Below, in pieces: positions 24,453 through 52,490 of a stretch of DNA of 64,000 nt (position 1 is the stretch's first letter; every line of letters starts with the position of its first letter). Source of the DNA: Caldilinea sp. (GTDB taxonomy: Bacteria; Chloroflexota; Anaerolineae; Caldilineales; Caldilineaceae); NCBI GenBank assembly GCA_025055055.1, contig JANWYX010000232.1, positions 2,238-66,237 on the forward strand. Reading direction: 5' to 3'. The notes under the pieces are model-generated. The model was not told the DNA's origin. It made no database searches and saw only the letters and a program-made list of their open reading frames with translations. A program made the translations under genes and the position numbers.

Positions 24453-24530
24453 TCACCGTCGGCGCTGCTCCGCTTTCATGCGTTTTCGTTGGTTGATCGA
24501 GTCATTCAACAACCCTAAGGAGAAAGAGCT

Positions 24531-25727
<1,197 letters not shown>

Positions 25728-25777
25728 TCGTTCCGTTTTTTCCACGAAACTCTATGGTATTTGAATAAGCCGACATT

Positions 25778-25810
25778 CCCCGTAGGTGCAGCCGGGCCGC
25801 ACCTACGGGG
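25778..25810. terminator. 12-bp-stem hairpin between convergent ABC operon and modB (candidate bidirectional terminator/REP-like)
   Basis: CCCCGTAGGTGC (25778-25789), 9-nt loop, GCACCTACGGGG (25799-25810). Perfect complementarity. Confidence 0.5.
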
Positions 25811-25925
25811 AACCGCAAAGTCTTCCGCAATTCGAGGAAACGTCGCAAGAATGGCGCAGGGTGGGCTCCCATCTGCCCTGCAATTGTTCTGCACCCTGTC
25901 CATCCGTTTTACGCCGCTCTCCTGT

Positions 25926-26585
25926 TTACACCACCCTGCGGGCGAGACGACGGGCGACGACGAGGAGCATCACCGTGAGCACGGTGATGACCAGCACCAT
26001 ACGATTGGCTTCATCCTGGCGATTGGCCTGCACCAAGTCGTAAATATACAGCGCCATCGTCTGCGTGCGGCCGGGGATGTTGCCTGCCACCATCAACGTG
26101 ACCCCGAAATCCCCCAACGCCCGCGCAAAGGTCAGCGCCGTCCCGGCGACAATGTTGCGCCAGGCGAGTGGCAGCGTCACGTGCAAGAAGATGGCCAACT
26201 CCGAGCGTCCCAGTGTACGCGCCACCCCTTCTAGGCGGGGATCAACGCCCTCGAAGCCGGCGCAGGCGCTCTCCACCATCAGGGGGAAGGCGGCGATGGC
26301 GGCGGCGACCACTGCGCCGCGCCAGGTGAACACCAACGGAAAACCGATCGAGGCCAGCCATTGCCCCAATGGACTTTGCGCGCCGAGCAGCACCAACAGA
26401 TAATAGCCGAGCACGGTCGGCGGCAACACCAACGGCAACACGGCGATGGCGCTTACGGCTTCGCGGCCGGGAAAACGCTTGCGCGCCAGCAGCCAACCCA
26501 GCGGCACGCCGGTGATCAACACCAGCAGCGTAGCGGTCACCGTCACTTGCAGCGAAAGGCGCAACGGCGCCCAATTTGCTTCCAC
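25926..26585 (-). CDS. modB: Molybdate ABC transporter permease
   Basis: A GTG at 26585 gives '[21 protein letters not shown]...', a ModB-like N-terminus. 219 aa with an EAA-like '[16 protein letters not shown]'. The longer ORF to 26909 would overlap modA. Confidence 0.88.
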   Translation of the reverse strand: MEANWAPLRLSLQVTVTATLLVLITGVPLGWLLARKRFPGREAVSAIAVLPLVLPPTVLGYYLLVLLGAQSPLGQWLASIGFPLVFTWRGAVVAAAIAAFPLMVESACAGFEGVDPRLEGVARTLGRSELAIFLHVTLPLAWRNIVAGTALTFARALGDFGVTLMVAGNIPGRTQTMALYIYDLVQANRQDEANRMVLVITVLTVMLLVVARRLARRVV

Positions 26586-26608
26586 CGTCCCTGGTCCCGG
26601 CCCATGGC

Positions 26609-27427
26609 CTAATCGGGCATTTCGCCCGGCATTACGAACCCATACCGTCTCATGATGGCGCGACCCTCTTCGCCGTTGACGAAAGCGGCGAACGCGCGTG
26701 CAACCTCCGGTTGGGAGGTGGATTTCACAACCGCCAACGCCTGCAGCAGCGGGTTGTGTAGGTTGGCGTCGATCAACGTCCACCGAATCTCCGGAACGTT
26801 CGCAATCGAGAGTGCAACGATACCGGCCTGCGCATCGCCGGTCTGAACAAATTGGAGCGCCTGGCGAACGTTTTCGCCGTAGACGAGTTTTGGCTCCACA
26901 TTTTCCCAAACGCCGGTCGCAAGAAGCGCTTCTTTCGCCGCCAATCCATAGGGGGCGTGCTCCGGGTTGGCAATGGCGATGCGCTGAATTAGCGGGGTCT
27001 CCAGGTCTTGCAGATCGGTGAGTTCAAGGTTTACGTTGCGGTTCACGGCCAGCACAATGCGGCCTTCCCCATAGGGGGCAACGGTGTCAGGCAGGATCAG
27101 GCCCTTATCGAGCAGCTGCTCGATGAAGGTGATGTTGGCCGAGGCGAAGAGATCGAACGGCGCGCCGTTTTCGATCTGCTGCGCAAGCTGGCCAGAGGAG
27201 CCAAACACCAGCGTCACCGGCTGTCCGGTGCGCTGCTCGAAAAGTTCGGCGATTTCGGTGAAGGCAAATTGAAGGTCGGCGGCCGCAGCTACAATGATGG
27301 GAGACGGATTCTGCACGCTCGAGGCGGCGCTGCGTTCTGTGCACGCAGCTGCACCCCAGAGAGCCATCACCACCCAAATAAGGGTAAAAATCTGATGAAT
27401 TCGACTTCCGCTTTTCAGGCGAAGCAT
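26609..27427 (-). CDS. modA: Molybdate ABC transporter substrate-binding protein
   Basis: Signal/lipobox 'WGAAAC'. '[12 protein letters not shown]', '[25 protein letters not shown]' and '[10 protein letters not shown]' are ModA-like. Confidence 0.9.
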   Translation of the reverse strand: MLRLKSGSRIHQIFTLIWVVMALWGAAACTERSAASSVQNPSPIIVAAAADLQFAFTEIAELFEQRTGQPVTLVFGSSGQLAQQIENGAPFDLFASANITFIEQLLDKGLILPDTVAPYGEGRIVLAVNRNVNLELTDLQDLETPLIQRIAIANPEHAPYGLAAKEALLATGVWENVEPKLVYGENVRQALQFVQTGDAQAGIVALSIANVPEIRWTLIDANLHNPLLQALAVVKSTSQPEVARAFAAFVNGEEGRAIMRRYGFVMPGEMPD

Positions 27428-27443
27428 AGCTCGGTTTTTCCCC

Positions 27444-28448
27444 TCATGCGTCTATATCGGTCGATAGACGATGGATTGCACTTGCGGCGAACCATCCTCT
27501 GCGTTCGATCCATAGCAAAGTCTGCGCAATCAAGGCGAGCGCCGGCAGCTCGATCAACGGTCCGATCACCAACGCCAGCGCCACCAGCGGCTCTTCGGGG
27601 AAGGCCGACAGGGCGATCGCCAGGGCGATGGGCGAATTTCTGGCGAGCGTCGTAAAGCTGAGCGAGGCGAGGTCTGCATACCTGCTGTTCAGCATCTTGC
27701 CCACTGCGACAGCCAACATCAAATTACCGCCCCAAAACAGCGCAAGGGGCGGGAGGAGATAAAGCAGCAGGCGCGGATTTTGCAAGATTGCGTTCCCTTC
27801 GGCGGCGAACATAGCAGCAATCGCCAGCGCAAGCAGAAATAACTGCATTGGCTGCAGATATGGCAATAATTTTTGCGAAACCCATAATTCGCTGCGCCGG
27901 CGCACGAGAGTTCTTCGTAGAAGGATGGCGGTTACCAAAGGCGTCAGCAGGACCACGGCCACGCTTTCCAGCAAAGCGCTCCATTGTACCGGTACGACGG
28001 CGCCGGCCAACAGCAGAATGTACCCGGGCAGCAGGAGCAGCTGCAGAATCAAGTTGATCGGCAACAGCGCCGTGCTCAAGGGAAGGTTGCCTCTGGCGAT
28101 CCCGGTAAACACGAGGTACCAATCCGTGCAGGGTGTCACCATCAGCATCAGAAAACCGATCCACAGCGCAGGCTGTTCGCCAAGGAAAAGCCAGCCTAGC
28201 GCCCAGGCGAAGAGAGGCGTCCACAGAAAATTGATGAGCAGGCTGGCGATGGCGATTTCTCGATAGCGAAAGACGTCTGCAAATCCTCGGAGCGGGATCT
28301 GCAGAAAGACGAGCGTCAACATCAAGATCAGCGCAGGCAAAACGATATGGCCGGCCCACCGGGCTGCGCCAAATGCGTTGCTCACCATCAGCCCAACCAG
28401 GACGGCGGCAAGTATGAGAGGAGATTGCGCTTTTTCCGGATAAGTCAT
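27444..28448 (-). CDS. ACR3 / bile acid:Na+ symporter (BASS)-superfamily permease
   Basis: The ATG at 28448 gives '[17 protein letters not shown]'. About 10 TM helices. '[22 protein letters not shown]' resembles arsenical-resistance (ACR3)-type carriers. It ends 16 nt upstream of the modA start. Confidence 0.78.
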   Translation of the reverse strand: MTYPEKAQSPLILAAVLVGLMVSNAFGAARWAGHIVLPALILMLTLVFLQIPLRGFADVFRYREIAIASLLINFLWTPLFAWALGWLFLGEQPALWIGFLMLMVTPCTDWYLVFTGIARGNLPLSTALLPINLILQLLLLPGYILLLAGAVVPVQWSALLESVAVVLLTPLVTAILLRRTLVRRRSELWVSQKLLPYLQPMQLFLLALAIAAMFAAEGNAILQNPRLLLYLLPPLALFWGGNLMLAVAVGKMLNSRYADLASLSFTTLARNSPIALAIALSAFPEEPLVALALVIGPLIELPALALIAQTLLWIERRGWFAASAIHRLSTDIDA

Positions 28449-28541
28449 CCGCTCGATCGATTCCCTTTGCGTTGAACGCCGTTCGAAAAGTTTAAAGGAG
28501 GATGAAATTGTCATCCAAAACCCATCCGCATCCATCAATTA

Positions 28542-28550
28542 TGTTATAAT
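28542..28550 (+). promoter_or_regulatory. Candidate extended -10 promoter (TGtTATAAT) for the ccm operon
   Basis: TG at 28542-28543 and TATAAT at 28545-28550, ~70 nt upstream of the ccmH ATG. No good -35 element. Confidence 0.3.
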
Positions 28551-28619
28551 TTTGTAGTGTTTGAAAGTCTTTATCCTCCGGCGAGAGAGGATAGGTCACT
28601 CTAGAAGAGATTTAAGACG

Positions 28620-29175
28620 ATGCGTCGAATCAAACATGCTTTGCTCTTCTTCCTCGTTTTGGCGCCGGCGTTTCTATCTGCGTTGTCACCCGGAAACGGA
28701 GAGCCGGCGATGGCGCAGATGGACGCTGCATCTTCCTCGTCTGAGGTCAGTGGGGCGCAGACCGGCGCGACGCCGAACAGTGTGACGCCGAATGAGGTCA
28801 ACGAGGTTGCCAAAGAGCTCTGGTGCCCCCTCTGCAACGGCGTGCGCCTAGACGCTTGTGAGCTCAAGGCCTGCGAACAAATGCGCGACATGATCGCCGA
28901 ACAACTGGCCGAAGGGTGGGACAAAGAGCAGATTAAGAATTATTTCATCGAACAATATGGCCCACAGGTGTTGGGCGCGCCGCCGTTGGAGGGCTTCAAT
29001 TGGCTGGCCTGGATTTTGCCCTTTGTCGCTCTGGCCGGCGGCGGCGTGTTTCTGTGGCGCACCGTGCGGCGCATGGTGACATCCCGGCCGCGAGAGGCGG
29101 CCATTACAATGGATGGGGCTTCACCCTCTGTGGCCGATGAGTACAGCCGCCGACTGGAGGAGGAGCTGAAGCGCT

Positions 29176-29183
<8 letters not shown>
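28620..29183 (+). CDS. ccmH: Cytochrome c-type biogenesis protein CcmH/NrfF
   Basis: Signal peptide, CXXC in 'LWCPLCNG', '[11 protein letters not shown]' and a C-terminal TM helix. Confidence 0.85.
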
Positions 29184-29766
<583 letters not shown>

Positions 29767-29810
29767 TCGGGCGGCCGGCAGTCTAGTAGCCAACTTGAGG
29801 AACAGTTGCA

Positions 29811-31808
<1,998 letters not shown>

Positions 31809-31825
31809 GCAAGGAAACGTTAGCC

Positions 31826-32365
31826 ATGCTATGGACGATTGAGCTGTTGGTCGCACTTTTGATTTCCGGCCTTGCGATCTTGGCCGCAGTGTGGCCGTTG
31901 CTGAAGAAAGGACCGACGCCGGCGTGGGTCGAGGACGACCAACTGCTGGATCTGCTTCATCGCAAAGAGCAGGTGCTGCTGGCCATCAAGGATTTGGAAT
32001 TCGACTATCGCGTGGGCAAGTTGAGCGAGGAAGACTATCGCAGCTACGACCAACAGCTTCGCCGTCAGGCAATTGCTCTCCTTGCGCAGATCGAAAAAGT
32101 TGCTCCTGAAAGCGCGCAGCTGGACGCTTCACTGGAGCAAGAGATTTTGCAGCGCCGTAAAGTGAGAGACAAAATAGGATCTGCAGTGGACAGAAACGCA
32201 AAGGGGCTGGCGCACACTTCCAAAACATCAAACTCTGTAGAGGACGAGCAGCAACGTCCGCGTCTTTACTGCACTCAGTGCGGCCATCCCCTGGATCCCC
32301 ACTATCGATTCTGCGCCATGTGTGGGGCGCCTGTGGAAAGCGTCGCCGCTGTGAAGCGCTCGTGA
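31826..32365 (+). CDS. TM + coiled region + C-terminal zinc-ribbon protein (possible CcmI-like accessory)
   Basis: The ATG at 31826 gives TM helix '[23 protein letters not shown]', then '[16 protein letters not shown]' and the zinc ribbon '[19 protein letters not shown]'. It lies directly after ccmF. Confidence 0.65.
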   Translation: MLWTIELLVALLISGLAILAAVWPLLKKGPTPAWVEDDQLLDLLHRKEQVLLAIKDLEFDYRVGKLSEEDYRSYDQQLRRQAIALLAQIEKVAPESAQLDASLEQEILQRRKVRDKIGSAVDRNAKGLAHTSKTSNSVEDEQQRPRLYCTQCGHPLDPHYRFCAMCGAPVESVAAVKRS

Positions 32366-32368
32366 GCG

Positions 32369-33118
32369 ATGTTCCCCGATTTTTTCGAGCGAGTGATCGT
32401 CATTTTGCATCGCCCTGAAAATCCGGTCAACATCGGAGCGGTGGTGCGCGCCATGAAAAACATGGGCTTCACCCGCTTGCGCCTCGTGCAGCCCACGCCG
32501 CACACCGCAGCCGATCTGCTGCGCATCGCCCATCACGCTGAAGATGTGATCGAACGCATCGAGTATTTCAATGCGCTTGACGCCGCCCTGGCGGACGCTC
32601 ACTTCGTCGTCGGCACAGCAGCGATCCACCATCCTGACTATCGCACGACCGACGACGTGCGTACGCTGGCGCCGGAACTGCTTCGACACGCAGCGACAGG
32701 CAACGTAGCCTTGCTCTTCGGCCCGGAGGCCGACGGGCTAGATCGCGCTGCGCTGGATCGGTGCCACCTCGTCGCCAGCATGCCGACAAATCCGGCGTAT
32801 CCAGCGCTGAATCTGGCGCAATCGGCGTTGCTGTTTCTGTACGAGCTGCGCATGGCTGCCGGCTGCGGCGAAAAGGCTTTCCCTTCTGAACCACGTGCAA
32901 CGCAGGCGGAGCTGGAACGGCTCTTTTCGTTAAGCGAAGAGGCGCTGCACGCCATCGATTTTTTCAAGTACAACCCCGCCGCAGTGATGCGCACGTTGCG
33001 GCAGATCGCCTATCGCGCAGCGCTGCGCCCCGACGAGGTTGCGCTCCTGCTGGCGATTGCGCGCCAGATCCTACGCGCAGCGTCTCGTCGAGGCGCAAGC
33101 TCCTCCGCAGAAGGCTGA
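32369..33118 (+). CDS. TrmH/SpoU-family RNA 2'-O-methyltransferase (TrmJ-like)
   Basis: '[23 protein letters not shown]', '[10 protein letters not shown]' and '[15 protein letters not shown]' are SPOUT motifs. Confidence 0.88.
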   Translation: MFPDFFERVIVILHRPENPVNIGAVVRAMKNMGFTRLRLVQPTPHTAADLLRIAHHAEDVIERIEYFNALDAALADAHFVVGTAAIHHPDYRTTDDVRTLAPELLRHAATGNVALLFGPEADGLDRAALDRCHLVASMPTNPAYPALNLAQSALLFLYELRMAAGCGEKAFPSEPRATQAELERLFSLSEEALHAIDFFKYNPAAVMRTLRQIAYRAALRPDEVALLLAIARQILRAASRRGASSSAEG

Positions 33119-33165
33119 CAGCCCACCGAGCCTCTCGATTGCTAGAAGGGATCAAAATAGCGGCT

Positions 33166-33813
<648 letters not shown>

Positions 33814-33823
33814 AAGCGGCCCC

Positions 33824-34207
33824 TCACCATTCGATCTGGCGCTGTAGGCGGTTGCGCCGGTTGAGACGCTCGACCTCGCGTTGGCATTCAACGCAGAGGG
33901 TGGCGTCCGGCTTGATCTCCAGGCGCTCCTGTTCAATCGGTCTGCCACAACGCGTGCAGATGCCGTATTCGCCTTTTTCAATCAATTTGAGCGCCGTCTC
34001 GATGTCTTTCAAGCGGCGTTCAAGCACGGCAATGAGCGCTGCGTTTTTCTCTCGCTCGAACACCTCTGCGTCTCCCTCATCCGGCTCGATGTCCACTTCG
34101 GACTGCATCAGGTCGCGCAGATTCTTGAGCTCCGCAGTCACCTGCTCCATATCGTTGAGCAGTCTTGCGCGTTCCTTCTCGATAAACTCCGCATTGGTCT
34201 TCTTCAT
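33824..34207 (-). CDS. DksA/TraR-family C4 zinc-finger protein
   Basis: The ATG at 34207 gives '[17 protein letters not shown]'. Coiled-coil N-terminus plus 'CTRCGRPI...CVECQ'. It ends 10 nt upstream of the upp start. Confidence 0.85.
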   Translation of the reverse strand: MKKTNAEFIEKERARLLNDMEQVTAELKNLRDLMQSEVDIEPDEGDAEVFEREKNAALIAVLERRLKDIETALKLIEKGEYGICTRCGRPIEQERLEIKPDATLCVECQREVERLNRRNRLQRQIEW

Positions 34208-34743
34208 TGTTTGTCGAACTCCGTTTGATTTTACACAATCGACTTTCAATCTCCAGCTACAGCCCTCACCAGATTGATCGCTGCTGACACTGTGCCTTGA
34301 CGGCAAAAAGAGATAACTTCTGGAGAGCAGAATGGTTAAATGGTTATAGCAGGTTCCCTGCGAAAGGTCAAGGTGCAGATGTCCTGTGCAAGCTAGGCAA
34401 CTCCTCCCTGCGTCTGACAGCCGGACAAAACGCCGATCCGACCTGCTCTGTGACGAGCGAGAGCGCATAGATTGCCCGGCCGGGCCGACGCCCAGCAGGA
34501 GACCGGGACGAGTTTCCGCGCCGGATCTCGATTGAGGGGTTCCGTCGCAAATGGCTCCTCAAACGTCCGAGCGCCCAAACTCGAGCGCTACACGCTGTCG
34601 CCGAACCGTTGATTCGTCACCGGCCGAAGCGCTGATAAAAGCGATCGAAAGGATTTCGCCGCGTTTTCCACGCCGAGCAGAGGACGGAATCTGCATTTGA
34701 CAGGCAGTTCGGGAGCCGAGTTAACAAAGATGCAGAGAAGAGC

Positions 34744-35379
<636 letters not shown>

Positions 35380-35480
35380 CGGTTATCATTTACGACACTT
35401 AGAGGTCGACGCTTCACGCAAAGTTGGCAGAAGCCTTTTCCGTGGACCTTCCGGCGGAGGCCGGACAAGTTCTCCTCATT

Positions 35481-35704
35481 TTACCGGCTTCGATCATTTT
35501 CGAGCAAATAAGCCAAAATCGCCTCTATTTTTCTGACACGCTGTAGAGGAGCCATTTCAATCATTTCTTGGATCATTTCGGCGCAATTCAGCGGAACTTT
35601 TCGGTCATCCACAACGTACATCGGGTAGAACAAATTTGGGTGGAACCATCTAATAATCGGAACCAAAAATTTACGAGCAGGTGAGGAGGTTTTGTAAGGA
35701 AGCC

Positions 35705-35714
<10 letters not shown>
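35481..35714 (-). CDS. Possible small protein in an AT-richer island (alternative start at 35621 gives 46 aa)
   Basis: 77-codon open frame in a visibly AT-richer stretch, where stop codons should be frequent. The helical-looking C-terminal half is '[43 protein letters not shown]'. I do not recognise a family. The longest form overlaps the PA14 gene start by 10 nt. Confidence 0.25.
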
Positions 35715-37834
<2,120 letters not shown>

Positions 37835-37858
37835 GCGACGCGCCGGCGTCGCCGTTTA
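37835..37858 (+). terminator. Candidate intrinsic terminator after the PA14 gene
   Basis: GCGACGC-GCCG-GCGTCGC (37835-37852) sits immediately after the TAA stop and is followed by CGTTTAT. Confidence 0.45.
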
Positions 37859-37914
37859 TGGAAAATGACGAGAGCCGCCGGGACGCCGCCCCTCCTTCGG
37901 CGCTCGCTTCTCCC

Positions 37915-37955
37915 GGAACGGGTCATGGGTGGTGCTTCCACCCATGACCCGTTCC
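37915..37955. repeat. Perfect 18-bp inverted repeat (GGAACGGGTCATGGGTGG / CCACCCATGACCCGTTCC) with 5-nt loop
   Basis: Arms at 37915-37932 and 37938-37955, read directly. It lies in the intergenic region between the PA14 gene and the Mut7-C gene. Confidence 0.85.
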
Positions 37956-38213
37956 ACAGTCGCCTCCTCTCTCTTTGCTTTGCGGCTTTGCGTTGAATCT
38001 ATTTTTCGGCGGCCCGGTCGAAAAAATGGCATGACTTGCCTTCCACCGGATTTCTGGTGTATAGTGAATTTGACGTTGCTTGCGCCCGGGAAGCTTGTCG
38101 CCGGACTCTGTACAGTGATGGATTCGCCGTCTGTGTGAATTCGACGTCGCATAAATTCGTTATGTTGTCTTGATTCGACAACCCTCTTGCCGCACCCACC
38201 CTTTCCACTTGCC

Positions 38214-38957
<744 letters not shown>

Positions 38958-38972
38958 AAAGCCACTTGCACC

Positions 38973-41210
<2,238 letters not shown>

Positions 41211-41224
41211 CGGAGATTGTCGTA

Positions 41225-43087
<1,863 letters not shown>

Positions 43088-43088
43088 T

Positions 43089-43583
<495 letters not shown>

Positions 43584-43655
43584 GTCCTAGAAACAGGGAA
43601 AAACCCGCGCAGGTCTGTACATGGGGCAGAGAAAGTGCGCTCGATTGAAGGTCGA

Positions 43656-45080
<1,425 letters not shown>

Positions 45081-45101
45081 GCGCGCCGCGCCGCGTTCGT
45101 G

Positions 45102-45110
45102 TGTTACAAT
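45102..45110 (+). promoter_or_regulatory. Candidate extended -10 promoter (TGtTACAAT) for trmD
   Basis: TG at 45102-45103 and TACAAT at 45105-45110, ~75 nt upstream of TTG 45186, which is itself preceded by GGAG (45173-45176). Confidence 0.35.
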
Positions 45111-45185
45111 GGGGCGAGATGGTTGAATCGCCTGGCCTGACGAAGCAGAGGAATGACCGTCAGGCTCGTCAAAGGAGCCGGATGA

Positions 45186-46133
45186 TTGAGCGAATACGAG
45201 CGAAACGAGAGATTGTCGGAACCTGACAATCCAGCGATTGAAACGCAAAGTGAAACCTTTCATCGTATTCATTTCGATATCTTCACCCTCTTTCCCTCGA
45301 TGTTTGTCGGCCCTTTTGGTGAAAGCATCATCAAACGGGCCATCGAGCGGGCGTTGATATCGATCTGCCTCCACAATATTCGAGATTACACCACCGACCG
45401 CCATCACGTTTGCGACGATACACCTTACGGCGGTGGCGGTGGCATGATCATGAAGCCGGAGCCTGTGGTGCGCGCTGTCGAAACCGTCCTGATGCGTCCG
45501 GCCGGCTGGTCGCTTCCACCTGAAGACGCCTACATCAACCTGCCGGAGTGGAACCCGGATGCACCCGCACCCTTGCCGCCGGACACACCGATCATTTTAC
45601 TCACCCCACAAGGTCGACTGCTCAATCAATCACTCGTGGTGGAGCTGGCGCGCTATCGTCGACTGGCGCTCATCTGCGGCCGATATGAGGGTGTCGATGA
45701 GCGCGTGCGCCAGATTGCCACCGACGAAATTAGCATCGGCGATTACGTCCTCAGCGGCGGCGAGTTGGCGGCCATGGTCATCGTCGACGCTGTCACCCGT
45801 CTACTGCCCGGTGCACTCGGCTACGAGCTAGGCGCCCACCAAGACAGCCATTCTCCCGGCCTGGGCGGCTTGCTCGAAGGCCCTCAATATACACGACCGC
45901 ACACCTTCCGAGGGGAAAGCGTTCCATCGGTGCTGGTCAGCGGCCACCATGCCAACATCGAGCGCTGGCGACGAGAACAGGCGCTGTTGCGCACCTTGCA
46001 CCGTCGCCCCGATCTCCTTGCCAAGGCGCCGTTAACCGAGGCAGATATCGCCTTCCTACGGCTTCATGGGTGGATGCCCCCACCGCAGCCCGCTCCCCAC
46101 CGTGAGCAAATCAACAGCACCATTATAGAATGA
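45186..46133 (+). CDS. trmD: tRNA (guanine37-N1)-methyltransferase
   Basis: '[11 protein letters not shown]', '[17 protein letters not shown]', '[11 protein letters not shown]' and '[11 protein letters not shown]'. A TTG start at 45186 with an RBS gives a ~25-aa N-terminal extension over typical TrmD. Confidence 0.92.
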   Translation: MSEYERNERLSEPDNPAIETQSETFHRIHFDIFTLFPSMFVGPFGESIIKRAIERALISICLHNIRDYTTDRHHVCDDTPYGGGGGMIMKPEPVVRAVETVLMRPAGWSLPPEDAYINLPEWNPDAPAPLPPDTPIILLTPQGRLLNQSLVVELARYRRLALICGRYEGVDERVRQIATDEISIGDYVLSGGELAAMVIVDAVTRLLPGALGYELGAHQDSHSPGLGGLLEGPQYTRPHTFRGESVPSVLVSGHHANIERWRREQALLRTLHRRPDLLAKAPLTEADIAFLRLHGWMPPPQPAPHREQINSTIIE

Positions 46134-46199
46134 CGCATCCATGTGCCCAAATCTTTGGCGCGGGCACCGGAAGGATATTGAATTTTTGAGGGCGCCGGT

Positions 46200-46246
<47 letters not shown>

Positions 46247-46318
46247 AATGGTTTCTGCAGGTCGAGGCGCTCGGAGGCAGCCCCGCCCGCATTCGGAAAT
46301 TGACGAAGGATCGGAATT

Positions 46319-46681
<363 letters not shown>

Positions 46682-46763
46682 GTGTCAAAACGATCGGCAA
46701 AACGCAAACGCAACAAAAAGTTCTTCTGAAGATTCTGCTCGAATTCACCGACCTCTGGCTTTA

Positions 46764-46802
46764 GCCATCTTTCGGGAAGATTGCAGCTTCCCGAAAGATG
46801 GC
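46764..46802 (+). terminator. 16-bp perfect-stem hairpin downstream of rplS (terminator-like, no U-tract)
   Basis: GCCATCTTTCGGGAAG (46764-46779), 7-nt loop, CTTCCCGAAAGATGGC (46787-46802). Confidence 0.45.
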
Positions 46803-46900
46803 GATAAACGTTCCGCATCGACCGAAAATTAAGTATGCGCAGAAAATGATTAAGGCTCTGCTTTCCTCGCACAAGAAGCTTCGAGGCTTCCTACAGGAGT

Positions 46901-47570
<670 letters not shown>

Positions 47571-47584
<14 letters not shown>

Positions 47585-47970
47585 CCCGCGCCGACGACTT
47601 GGCCGCGTCGGCGAAGAAATGGCGATGCGCACATTGCAGGAGGCCGGCCTTACCATCCTCGAGCGCAACTGGCGTTGTCGGGTGGGCGAAGTGGACATTA
47701 TTGCTCAGGAGCGCGCGCCCGACTTGGTGCGTGGTGGAGAGATTCATGAATGGCTGGTGTTCGTAGAGGTGCGTACGCGTCGCGGCTTCACCTTTGGGGC
47801 GGCTCTGGAATCAATCACCCCGCGCAAGGCGGCCAAGATGCGAGAGGTGGCGTATCACTACGTCCGGGAACGAAGTTGGAACGGCCCCTGGCGCATTGAC
47901 GTCGTCGGGGTACAGATGGATGAGCAGGGGCGGCTCCTGAGCATTGAACATGTTCGTCATGCCGTTCACG

Positions 47971-47978
<8 letters not shown>
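47571..47978 (+). CDS. yraN: YraN family (UPF0102) endonuclease-like protein
   Basis: The ATG at 47571 overlaps the rnhB 3' end by 14 nt. '[35 protein letters not shown]' and 'LVFVEVRTR' are YraN-like. Confidence 0.88.
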
Positions 47979-48948
<970 letters not shown>

Positions 48949-48983
48949 AAATGCCGCATCGCGTCATGTATTTGGCCATTGTA

Positions 48984-49012
48984 TTGCAAAGTAGAGGAAG
49001 CGCAGGTATAAT
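48984..49012 (+). promoter_or_regulatory. Near-consensus sigma-70-type promoter upstream of rel (TTGCAA-17 nt-TATAAT)
   Basis: -35 at 48984-48989 and -10 at 49007-49012 with an exactly 17-nt spacer. The local stretch is AT-rich. Confidence 0.5.
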
Positions 49013-49108
49013 AAATTTTTGCATTGAGCGTGCATGTTCGATCTACACGTGATACGATACGCGTGATGCGATCGGTAGGGTGGATGTGGTTGAGAGGAGA
49101 AAAGGATC

Positions 49109-51679
<2,571 letters not shown>

Positions 51680-51696
51680 TCGCCCGGCGCCGGCGC

Positions 51697-52410
51697 TCAA
51701 TCGTCTACGCAAAAGCGATAGCCTTTGCCACGCACCGTGATTAGGCGCTTGGGGCTGGATGGGTCGCTCTCGATATATTCGCGCAACCAGCGAACATGTA
51801 CATCCAAGGTCCGCGTGTCGCCGAGAAAGTCGGTCTGCCAGATTTTACGCATGATTTCACTGCGCGAAACCACTTCGTTGCGCCGCGCCATGAGTAGATT
51901 CAACAGCGCACATTGTTTGGGCGTCATGTGATGGTGTCCGCGTGGGGTCATGACGATGCGATTCTGCAGGTCGAGCGTCACCTCGCCAGCCTGCACCAAC
52001 GCCCCATTTTTTGCTCCGATCCATATTTCTTTTAACGCCTGTTGCAGCGCCTCCGGCTGCATCGGATAGGGAATCGCCTGTTCAAATGTCACAGGCGCGT
52101 TTTCCAACGGTGTGTTGGCGACTGCAATCAGGCGGGTGGTGGGCCAGCGGTGAAGCAGCTGACTGCAAAAAGCCATCCGCCTCACCCCTTCATCGAATTC
52201 CACCACGGCGATCGAGGGGGGCGATCGGCGACCGGCCTGCAGCGCCTTCTTCTGACTGGAGACGAGCGTCCACACCAAAGAAGGCGCGTCCGGTTGCGTC
52301 AAACCGGCCTGCACCTGATCGAGCGCGTGTTGTAGATCTCTTTGTTCAGCCAATGCCAATCGTCCACGCGCCAGATAAAGCGCGTGCACGCTTTCGCGAA
52401 TCGCCATCAA
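51697..52410 (-). CDS. OmpR/PhoB-type winged-helix transcription regulator with degenerate receiver-like N-terminal domain
   Basis: The C-terminal region 'LDLQNRIVMTPRGHHHMTPKQCALLNLLMARRNEVVSRSEIMRKIWQTDFLGDTRTLDVHVRWLREYIE...LITVRGKGYRF' is a clear Trans_reg_C domain. The N-terminal ~120 aa lack the usual acidic pocket and the conserved Lys. Confidence 0.8.
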   Translation of the reverse strand: MMAIRESVHALYLARGRLALAEQRDLQHALDQVQAGLTQPDAPSLVWTLVSSQKKALQAGRRSPPSIAVVEFDEGVRRMAFCSQLLHRWPTTRLIAVANTPLENAPVTFEQAIPYPMQPEALQQALKEIWIGAKNGALVQAGEVTLDLQNRIVMTPRGHHHMTPKQCALLNLLMARRNEVVSRSEIMRKIWQTDFLGDTRTLDVHVRWLREYIESDPSSPKRLITVRGKGYRFCVDD

Positions 52411-52490
52411 GATTTTATTTCCGTTGCACTCTGCGCTGTTGCGAGACGCAAACGGCTTCCGGCGGAGAAGCGTTGCATCTCCAGGACATC

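Noticed and set aside
45258-45260. ATT as the trmD initiation codon (three codons before 'FDIFTLFP')
   Set aside because: It is possible but rare. The TTG at 45186 has a GGAG at proper spacing and a plausible upstream promoter, so the extended form is the simpler call. I kept this as an open question under the trmD/M23 finding (45080-45272).
51687-51696. GCGCCGGCGC palindrome between convergent rel and the regulator gene as a bidirectional terminator
   Set aside because: A 10-nt palindrome cannot form a stable stem-loop once a minimal loop is allowed, and the 17-nt gap has no U-tract.
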